Positions 1-8,430 of a stretch of DNA of 32,000 nucleotides are shown piece after piece. Made by a program: the position numbers and the translations under genes. The stretch comes from Candidatus Absconditicoccus praedator (lineage in GTDB: Bacteria; Patescibacteriota; Gracilibacteria; Absconditabacterales; Absconditicoccaceae), in NCBI RefSeq assembly GCF_021057185.1, contig NZ_CP054059.1, positions 930,001 through 962,000 on the forward strand, read 5' to 3'. Each line of letters opens with the position of its first letter. Within the stretch, counting starts at the first letter, position 1. The notes beneath the pieces were generated by a model that ran no database searches, was not told the DNA's origin, and was given only the letters and a program-made list of their open reading frames with translations.

Positions 1-1
1 T

Positions 2-382
2 AATTTGACTGATTTTGTTGCTAGACTCAAACAATACTATCAATTTACCAAAGAAGACGGAGATCTGCCAGATTGGATGTACTACAAACCACAAACAAAT
101 CAAACCGGACTAGAATTTTTGGAAGAACTTTTTGATAAAATTGATGAAGAATTATCCGAAGATTTCAAAACTTGATTTGATCAAGCTTCACCAATTACTA
201 TTTCACAAGCAAAAGATGATTTTGAAGAATGGAAACAATGACTTAGATGAGAAGATTGGGAAGTATATATGGAAAAAAGAAGAAATATGTCTAGATTGAT
301 CAATTATATGAAAAAGTCGTTGATGATGACAGGAATGACCGGCTTTGAAGTAAGAGTTAATCTGCACGAGGACGAAGACTAA
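2..382 (+). CDS. hypothetical protein, C-terminal part (5' end outside window)
   Basis: Frame open from the window edge to TAA 380-382 with TGA=Gly (3 in-frame TGA). Reads ...DLPDWMYYKPQTNQTGLEFLEELFDKIDEEL...GFEVRVNLHEDED*. Followed by a hairpin + T-run terminator. No family recognised. Confidence 0.55.
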
Positions 383-401
383 AAATTTCATCTATCAACT
401 C

Positions 402-437
402 AAAAACCAGCTTCTATAAACAGGAGCTGGTTTTTTT
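402..437 (+). terminator. Rho-independent terminator
   Basis: Stem CCAGCT (407-412) / AGCTGG (425-430), followed by T7 run 431-437, directly after the stop at 382. Confidence 0.7.
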
Positions 438-474
438 GATTCCCCAAAAAATTAATAAGTAATTGATAATGTCT

Positions 475-585
475 ACCCCTCCAAAAGATTGTAACAAAGT
501 TGAAGAGGGATACCCCTCCAAAAGATTGTAACAAAGTTGAAGAGGGTCACCCCTCCAAAAGATTGTAACAAAGTTGAAGAGGGTA
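475..585. repeat. three near-identical tandem 37-bp units (ACCCCTCCAAAAGATTGTAACAAAGTTGAAGAGGGTn)
   Basis: Units at 475-511, 512-548 and 549-585 differ only at the junction bases. Each has complementary outer arms (ACCC-C-TC / GAGGGT) around a core TTGT-A-ACAA palindrome. A possible degenerate unit lies at 441-474. Confidence 0.9.
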
Positions 586-586
586 G

Positions 587-1872
587 CCCTAGTCTTGTCC
601 GAAACATTGATTTTATTATAAAAAAAGCTATAAGTATAGCATTTAAAATAATAAAATATATTTAAATATGGAAGGAATTAATGTAAAACAGATATTAGAA
701 ATAATACCTGATGAATTTATAGAAAAATTAGAAAAAAACTGTAATATAAATCATCAAGTTAAAAAAATGAGTTGAAAGGTAATGTTTAAACTGTTATTAA
801 TGTGAATATTAGATTGAGATAATTTAACACAAAGAACATTAGCATCAATATATAACAGTCCTGAATTTACTCAATATGCAGATAAATGAGAACAACAAAC
901 AAGACATACAACTATAAGTGATAGACTTATAAACATGGATTATAAATTCTTTGAGAAATTGTTTGAAGAAATAAGTAAAAAGTTTGAAAAAGTATTAAAA
1001 ATATGAGCAACAAAAATGAAGGTGGTGCTAAAGAGATTTGATTCTACATTAGTTTGAATATCAGAAAAACTACTTAAGTTTTGAATAAAAGCATGAAGTC
1101 CAGATGAAAGACATATAAAATTTACAGTCTGATTAAAGTGATTGTTGCCAAATAAAGTTTCAGTTTATGAAGAGCAAAAAGCAAGTAGTGAAGATGTAGC
1201 ATTATGAGAAACTATTTTACAAGAGACAACATCTAAAAATCAAATATTATTATTTGATAGATGAGTTCAAAAAAGAGAAACTTATTCAAAGCTAATAGAT
1301 AAAAATACAAATTTTGTAAGTAGATTAAGACAAAATACTAAGTATCAAGTTATAAGACAAAATAAAGAAGTAGAATGAATAAAAGTATGAAATTTAGTGT
1401 TAGAATGTGATGAAATAGTAAAATTATATTGAAAATGATGAGATATATTAGAAAAAGAATTAAGATTAATAAAAGCAATAAATCAAAAAAATGAAGTATT
1501 TTTATTTATAACAAATATGTATAATTTCACAGCAGAAGAAATAACAGAATTTTATGCAAGGAGATGGGATATAGAAGTATTTTTTAGATTTATAAAACAA
1601 GAATTTTGATTTAGTCATTTTGTATCAAGATCAAAGAATTGAATAATGAATATGCTATATATGACACTAATAACATCAATACTTGTAATAGTATATAAAT
1701 CAAAAAACAGTATAAAATCCTACAAAGAAGCTAAAAGAAGATTTATTGCTGAATTAGATGAATTAATTTTAATTGAGCTAGCAATAGCAATCTGAGGAGA
1801 TGTTGATCTTCTTAAAAAGAAATATTTAAATTATTATAAATACTCTTAATAAGGTTTCGGACAAGACTGGGG
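587..1872 (+). mobile_element. IS4-family insertion sequence (single DDE transposase gene, 19-bp terminal inverted repeats)
   Basis: Left end CCCTAGTCTTGTCCGAAAC (587-605). Right end GTTTCGGACAAGACTGGGG (1854-1872) is its reverse complement with 1 mismatch. The ends enclose one transposase ORF and are flanked on both sides by the same 37-bp repeat family in the same orientation. No clear target-site duplication seen. Confidence 0.85.
668..1849 (+). CDS. IS4-family DDE transposase (393 aa)
   Basis: ATG 668 to TAA 1847-1849, length 1182 nt (a multiple of 3), roughly 20 in-frame TGA read as Gly. Contains the IS4 signature Y-x2-R-x3-E-x6-K in ...EEITEFYARRWDIEVFFRFIKQEFGFSHF.... Confidence 0.85.
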
Positions 1873-1873
1873 T

Positions 1874-2020
1874 CACCCCTCCAAAAGATTGTAACAAACT
1901 TGAAGAGTACCCCCACTCCTAAATATTGTAACAAAAGGGATGGAGTACCCCACTCCAAAAGTTAGTAACAAAAAGGATGGAGTATTCCATTATTATGGTT
2001 TGTTACCAAAAGAATGGAAT
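1874..2020. repeat. four diverged units of the same 37-bp repeat family
   Basis: Units at about 1874-1908, 1909-1946, 1947-1983 and 1984-2020. The core TTGTAACAA / TAGTAACAA is retained and is roughly inverted (TTGTTACC) in the last unit. Outer arms differ but stay complementary: CTC/GAG, ACTCC/GGAGT (twice), ATTCCATT/AATGGAAT. Confidence 0.8.
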
Positions 2021-2045
2021 CTTTTCGTGCCCGGGCGCGGAAAGG

Positions 2046-2073
2046 TTGATTTTTACTTTTCTAGAATTATACT
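2046..2073 (+). promoter_or_regulatory. sigma70-like promoter candidate for the 2111 operon
   Basis: TTGATT (2046-2051), 16-nt spacer, TATACT (2068-2073), about 40 nt upstream of ATG 2111. Confidence 0.4.
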
Positions 2074-2110
2074 TTAATTTATCTTTAAAAGTTAAATAAA
2101 TAAATAATTT

Positions 2111-2971
2111 ATGGTTAAATTTTTGTGACTTAGTTTTGCCTGGATTTGTAGTTTTATGATTTTCTATATTTCTTTTTTGTTTTGAGATGATCTATCAGAG
2201 GAAATTGTGTACGACTTTATTGATCAGGTAGATGATTATGAGTTTTTTTATGATATAGATTTCCAAGTTGATTATGATATTAGTTGAACTTTTTTTGAAA
2301 AATTTAGTAGTGATGGAGACTGATACTCATACGAGTTTGGTTTGAATATTGATCTGCCAGAGGAAGTTGATGATGGCTTGATACCATTTGATTCAAATAT
2401 GAACTGAACAGTTAATTTTTACAATAATGCCAAAATAGATAATTTTCATATTAATATTTGAGCAGGTGCCAATATCTCATGACAAACAGCAGTTTGATGA
2501 GAAGACCAAATTTTGATAACCTTTTTGCAAGATTGAGAAGAGGAGTTTAGAGAGATTTTTGATACTTCTGATATCAATTTGGATCTACTTTTTACAAGGT
2601 TTTTGCCCTATATGGAAATAGAAGAAGGTGAAGTATTGAATTTGTCTGTTTTTTCTCCTATGTCTTTGAGATCAAAAGAGTCTATGAAAAATAATGTTGC
2701 TATTGAAAAAAAAGAAGAATGAAAGTATTCTATATCTTCATGATTTATGGGGATAGATTATGAGACAGTAGTTCACTTTGAGGATAAAAATATGATTAAA
2801 AAAGAAACTCCTTTTTTTTCTTATACAAAATCTGATTGAGATGAGCTTGATGTTGATAATATCGATCAACCAGATGATACCAACGATACAGATGATATAG
2901 ATGACCAAGACCAAGATACTCAGGATTGAAGTGAAGATGATTTAGAATGTAAACTTATCTGACATGATTAG
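2111..2971 (+). CDS. hypothetical membrane-anchored/secreted acidic protein (286 aa)
   Basis: ATG 2111 to TAG 2969-2971 (861 nt) with TGA=Gly. N-terminal hydrophobic segment MVKFLGLSFAWICSFMIFYISFLF. Highly acidic C-terminus ...DQPDDTNDTDDIDDQDQDTQDGSEDD.... Overlaps the next gene by 8 nt. Confidence 0.6.
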
Positions 2972-3704
2972 ATTAGAAAATCTTACAAAAAAATATTCTT
3001 CTACAACAGCTGTAGATAATATAAACTTGGAAATACCTTCTTGAAAATGTTTTGCCTTGCTTTGAAGAAATTGAGCTGGTAAATCTACAACTATCAAAAT
3101 GATAGTTTGAATAACCAATCCAACAAGTTGAGATATTTTCTTTGATGGCAGGACTATGCAAGAAGATGCAGTACAGATAAAATCTGAGATTTCATATATT
3201 CCTGATATGCCTTATGTTTATGAAAAACTAACTTGAATAGATTTTTTGTATTTTGTAGGAGTTGCTTACTGAATGAGTAAACAAACCATTAGAAAAAAAG
3301 CCCAAGAATTTTATGAGATGTTTGATTTTTATGAGATGTTGGACAAAAAGGTAGAAGATTACTCTCATGGTATGAGACAAAAACTTGTTTTTACTGCAGC
3401 ATTGATGCACAATCCCAAGTATTTAATTTTGGATGAACCAATGGTAGGGTTGGATTATCAGTGAGCTTACATAGTAAAAAAAATAATTAAATCTATCACT
3501 GAAAAGCTATGATGTACTGTGATATTGACCACACATCAAATATATGTTGCTGCTGAAATATCAGATGAAGTAGGGATTATACATGATTGAAAACTTGTAA
3601 AAACATTAAAAGACAAAGATTATATAAAAGAAAATCTTGAAGACACATTCCTTGAGTCAACTTGAACTGTATCAGAAAAATTTGAACAAATAATCACACA
3701 ATAA
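2964..3704 (+). CDS. ABC transporter ATP-binding protein (246 aa)
   Basis: Walker A LLGRNGAGKST (two of its Gly are TGA, at 3063-3065 and 3072-3074). ABC signature YSHGMRQKL. Walker B YLILDEP. H-loop TTHQ. ATG 2964 to TAA 3702-3704. Confidence 0.9.
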
Positions 3705-3705
3705 A

Positions 3706-5355
3706 ATGGAAAATCTTTTAATGAAATATTATTTTAAAACTTTGTTCTCAAGTATAAAAACTTTTGCAAAAGAAAAGCTTTTTTTCTTCATAGGTTGAAT
3801 AATACTTTTGTGAAGTTTTTGGATAATAATCTGAACAATTTGTTATATTTTTTTCAGTTACTTAATCAATAATTTTCCTTGAGGACATATTTTTGCTCCC
3901 AACTTGATCTCGTTTGTTGTATATATAATGTTTTTGGTTTTTGTCTTTTCTGGGTTTGTGGCAAGTATATCTACTTTGTACAAATCTAGAGAGATAAATT
4001 TTTTGATTTCTATGCCTTTTGAAAGCTATGAAATTTTTAGATACTGATTTTTGAAGATAGTATTTTTCTTGTTATTACCTGCATTGTTTTTGCTGTTGCC
4101 TATATTTTTTTCATATTGAATTGTTTCTGGGTATAGCATATTTTATTATTTGTTATCGTTGTTTGTAATTTTTGCGATGGTATATTTGGCTGTTTTCTTT
4201 TCTGTTGTTTTGTTTTTGTTGTTGTCTGCATTTGTTTTTTCATTTAAAAGAATATATATAAATTGATTTTTGTTGAGTGTTTTGGTGTTTATGCTGTTTT
4301 CTGCTTTGTTGGTGTTTTTCTCTGCTTATGAGAATATGACTGACCAAGAGACCTTTTTGGAGCAGTATATCCTTACATTTGATTATGAAAATATATTTCT
4401 TCCTTGGAACTGGCTAAATGCTATGTTTGTAAATTTTGTGCAGTGAAATTATTCTTTGTTTTTTAGTTGATTTTTGTTTACAGCTGTAAGTATTGTATTT
4501 TTTTATGCTCTTATATGATTTTTGTCACAAAAGTATTATTATCAAAGCAAAGAGAATTTTGCTATGTATAGTATTTTTCCTAAAAAGAAAACTGTAAGTT
4601 TGATCTCATTTTTTTGAAAAAATCCTAAAATAAATTTACTAAAAAAAGATTTTCTTTTGTATATGAAAGATCCTTCGTGGCTAAGTCAGTTTATGATATT
4701 TTTTGTACTTATATGAATAAGTGTGGTTGTGATAAATTCTATTACCCTTGAAGAGATAGATACTCCTATGACAGCTTCTATTATTACTTTGTCTACTTTG
4801 GCTCTTACCTGATTTATGATTTCTGCAACTGCTTTGAAAATTGTTTATCCAAATATATCAATAGAATGAAAATCTTTTTGGATACTTAGAACTATTCCAG
4901 TATGATTGAATTATATATATTTTTTGAAATTTATTTTCTTTGTGGTGTTTTTTGTTTTAGTAGGTTTGCTTATTAGCCAAGCTTATGCAAGTATAATTTG
5001 ATTTATAGATGTTGTGTATATATTTATTTTGTTGATGTTGTTGCCTTTGATATTTGTGGTTGTTAGCCTGTATTTTACTTTGTGAAATATATATCCAGAC
5101 TTTAATGAGACTAATCCTTCTCAGATAGCTACTTCTATGCCTGCTTTTGGAGCAGTAATTATTTCAAATATTTTTATAATAATTGTTTGTTTGCTTATTT
5201 ATTCCAAAGTTTTTAGTTATTATGAAAATGTACAAGAATGTGAAATTCTTTGATTATATTATTTTTGGGATGTTTTAGTTATTTTTTATCCTGTTTTGAT
5301 TTTGCTTTGAGTATTTATATCATGGATAGGGTATAGGCAGTTTATCAAGCTTTAG
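3706..5355 (+). CDS. large polytopic membrane protein, putative ABC-exporter permease partner (549 aa)
   Basis: I checked the frame codon by codon from ATG 3706 to TAG 5353-5355 and found only TGA in frame. Very hydrophobic F/L/I-rich sequence with many predicted TM segments. Starts 2 nt after the ABC ATPase stop. Confidence 0.75.
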
Positions 5356-6010
5356 AAGATGATTTGTATATTTCTATCATATTATAACAGCTTTCTGAAA
5401 GCAAGAAAAGTTGGTGTATACTTACAATATCAAAAAAGTTATCACCTGGATTTAATTTTTTGAAGTTGATTTTTATTGAATATCAGTATGATTTGCTTCA
5501 TGTCCGGTATTTAGGAAACAGTTTGTGATAGTTGAAATTTAAGTGTATTTGGTGTTTTCATCTTTCAAGAAGGTATATTTTTTGGGATTTGTAGTCTTGT
5601 TGTTTCAGGTACATATTGAAATGAGTATTGTGGGATAGTATATTTCTTATAAAACTAACTGTTTGTTCAAAATGAAAGTATTGTCATTTGAGGTTTTCTT
5701 GTAAAAATTTTTTGAATTCGTTATTGGTTTCCAAAAGTTCTTTGACGGTAGCTGTAATTCACCTGAACATACTTATTTGTGTGAAATAACCAAAAATATT
5801 TTGTTTTTCTTGGTTTTGATAGATTTCTTTTAAAAGTTTTTTAATTGTTTGTTCTTTTAGCGTAAAGCTTGTATTTTTTCATGTTTGTATTTTTAGGTCT
5901 TTTGCAAACTCTGATAAATCATTTTCTTTTATTATATCTTCAAGAAAAAGTCAAAGATACAAAAATCTATAATAAGACTGTATAAGATCAAGTGAGGACT
6001 TAATTTCCAT
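5342..6010 (-). CDS. hypothetical protein with HEPN-like R-x4-H motif (222 aa)
   Basis: Reverse-strand ATG at 6010 to TAA (5342-5344), 669 nt, frame verified codon by codon. Reads MEIKSSLDLIQSYYRFLYLG...FEQTVSFIRNILSHNTHFNMYLKQ.... The RNILSH motif resembles the HEPN / Abi_2 catalytic motif. Convergent 14-nt overlap with the permease gene. Confidence 0.6.
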
Positions 6011-6064
6011 TTTGTTGGTTAAAGTTTGTATTTAAAAAAGAAATTTTTCAGGTTGTTTTGTTGG

Positions 6065-6379
6065 TTATTCAAACATTCTTTTTAGGTCTTCATCTTTTAT
6101 CATAGCAGGTGTTCGCATAGGGTCAAAAGTAAGCTCGACTTCTACATTAGATTCAGGAAATTCATCTTGTACTGCCTGCTTAGTCATTTCTATGATAAGA
6201 TCAGCAGAGGGGCATGCTGGTGTAGTCAATGTCATTAGTATAAAAACATTATTTTCTTGTATATCCACATTGTATATAAGTCACAAGTTATATATATCAA
6301 TTACTGGCATATCAGGATCGTATACTTCTTGTAGTAGTTCGATTACTTTTTCTTCTGTGATATTATTGCTCATTTTCAT
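6065..6379 (-). CDS. DUF59/MIP18-family Fe-S cluster assembly protein (about 104 aa)
   Basis: M(KM)SNNITEEKVIELLQEVYDPDMPVIDIYNLGLIYNVDIQENNVFILMTLTTPACPSADLIIEMTKQAV...EVELTFDPMRTPAMI matches the DUF59 pattern (D-P-E/D...I-D-I-x-x-L-G-L-I, T-x-x-x-C-P). Alternative start at 6373. Confidence 0.85.
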
Positions 6380-6731
6380 ATCATGTTATTATATGTAAAA
6401 TTAAAAATATCAAAAATATTATTCCTCATAAAATTTTATTTCGTTCTTCTAGTGAAATCAATGATAAATTTACAAGTACAAACAATCCAAAAAGTAATGA
6501 TAGCTTATAACTTCTAGATGCAATACTCAAAGCTCATTTTACAGCAAAAAGTTTTTGTCAAAGGAAGAACAGATAGAAGCTTCATCACCATACAATTAAA
6601 AATACAGCAAAAAAACCAAATCATAATCATATTATCGGGTCTTGATATATATTTATATAATTGAATAAAAGATAAGCTATGCTAACTCCTACAAAAATTT
6701 TTATGAGTGCTCATATATGATAAAATATCAT
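6363..6731 (-). CDS. small membrane protein (122 aa)
   Basis: Reverse ATG 6731 to TAA (6363-6365), 369 nt, verified codon by codon. Hydrophobic: MIFYHIGALIKIFVGVSIAYLLF...GFGFFAVFLIVWGG.... The 3' end overlaps the DUF59 start. Confidence 0.6.
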
Positions 6732-6765
6732 AGCTTTATAAAATGTTTATGTTTTAAAGTTATTA

Positions 6766-7521
6766 TTAGTTTTCTACATTTATTTCATCTGCCTCTGTCT
6801 CTTCTACAAGAACTTCTTCTATAGATGGTATATAAAGAAAGTTGTTTCACATTTCATAAAACTTGTAGTACAATTTTTCCCAAAGTCAGTGAATTAGAGG
6901 TGTCAAAGTATAAGTAAGTATACTTGGTAGTGTAAGTAGGAATTCAGTTCATTCTCAAGCAGTAAGATTTATATTTTTGTATACTGCAGAGAAAAGTAAT
7001 AGAGAAAGGCTAAAAGCAATAGTTGTTCATACTATGTGGACACCACTATAGTTTGGATTTGTAGAAAACTCTATTACAGATAATGTTATAAAAACAGAAA
7101 AAAATATATGAAACGCAAGTATAAAAAATACTGCTTCTATATTGTCAAAAAATAGTATATATATAGGTGCAGCTATAAAAAACAATATAACGTTGATTAT
7201 GCTTCAAAGTCATAGCATTTTACCAAGATCATAGTACTTTTCTCCAAAAATCATATTGTATACCATAGTTATAATGCTATTTCATACCATAGTTCAAACA
7301 AATGCAATTACTAACATCACTAATGATAATAGAGGATTTCCTCAGCCTCAAGAAATGGAGCCTTGTATTGTTTCTTCAAACATTCAGCTAAAAATCATTA
7401 GCATAACAAATATAAAAAATGATATCATAAGTCAAACTACCAGTCATATTCCTGTTTTTCATACAATTGAATATGGTGATGGATTGGAAGGTGCAATATT
7501 AAGTGATTTTGAGTTTTCCAT
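6766..7521 (-). CDS. polytopic membrane protein (251 aa)
   Basis: Reverse ATG 7521 to TAA (6766-6768), 756 nt, verified codon by codon. Multiple TM-like segments (GLVVGLMISFFIFVMLMIF, IINVILFFIAAPIYILFF, FFILAFHIFFSVFITL) and an acidic C-terminal tail. Confidence 0.65.
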
Positions 7522-7547
7522 TATGTCTTTTTATATTATAAATTATT

Positions 7548-8102
7548 TTAATCGCATCATATTGTTTTTATATATTCTTCAAACTTATCAAATTCTCTTT
7601 CCTGACTCATGAAAGATATTACATATCAGTATCTTTCATAAACAAAATAAAATTGTGTCATATAGTAACTAGGTTGACTATCAAAAACAGATTCAAATAC
7701 GCCAAAATTTCATATGAATCAATTGATTTCTTGTCATTTACATGAGAAAGTATGTTCATTAAGTCATCAAAAATTTGTTGCAGGCATTTGATTTAGCAGT
7801 ATAGATGAGTTTGCCCTTGCAAACTCATCTGGATCTTGATTTACATTTGTTTTGGTTCTGGTAGCTATAAAATTCTTGTTGAATTCATCAAAATTTCCTT
7901 TTCTGTATGAAGTAAGTACTTTATTTCTAATCTGTTTTCATTCAAATATACTACTTGCAACTCTATTGTAATCCTTATTAATCTGTATATAAAAATCTTC
8001 AAAACTTACTGTTTCAGCTTCTTCCTCTCCTCAAAACCCCAAGCATCAAGAAATAGTAATTGTAATGAAAATGATCAAAAAGACATTTAAAAACTTTTTC
8101 AT
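7548..8102 (-). CDS. putative lipoprotein (184 aa)
   Basis: Reverse ATG 8102 to TAA (7548-7550), 555 nt, verified codon by codon. Signal peptide + lipobox MKKFLNVFLIIFITITISGC, with the lipobox Gly encoded by TGA. Confidence 0.7.
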
Positions 8103-8407
8103 TAAATTATACTAAGAATATAAACTCAACTAAAAATCATACCAAATAATGTTCATATTGCAAGTCATTTTATATATGCTTTATCTTTGTCTTCTTTTTC
8201 CTTTAGATCATCTTTTGAAATTAAAATAAAAGATATAATATATCAAAGCATAATTCAGGTTAGAAGTAAGTATCAAGGCATAAGTATATTTCCAGATAGT
8301 TCAAATATACTATCTTCAAGTATATAATCTCATCTCAAAAAAAATATTCATACAATTATAGACATCAAGAAGAATATTCCTTTTAGTGTCTCAAGTAGTA
8401 TCACCAT
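8102..8407 (-). CDS. small membrane protein (101 aa)
   Basis: Reverse ATG 8407 to TAA (8102-8104), 306 nt. Reads MVILLETLKGIFFLMSIIVGIFFL.... TAATG stop/start overlap with the lipoprotein gene. Confidence 0.55.
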
Positions 8408-8430
8408 AATGGTTTATTTAGAAAATAAAA

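Noticed and set aside
586-1875. Target-site duplication flanking the IS
   Set aside because: I found no direct repeat at the junctions (left flank ...GAGGGTAG, right flank TCACCCCT...). The apparent similarity is inverted and belongs to the terminal inverted repeats or the unit arms, so no TSD is claimed.
475-2020. The 37-bp repeats considered as a CRISPR array
   Set aside because: The units are directly tandem with no spacers between them, the right-hand units are strongly diverged, and no cas genes are in the window. The repeat size alone is CRISPR-like.
7256-7612. Track ORF of 118 aa on the + strand
   Set aside because: It is antisense to, and spans the junction of, two verified minus-strand genes (6766-7521 and 7548-8102).
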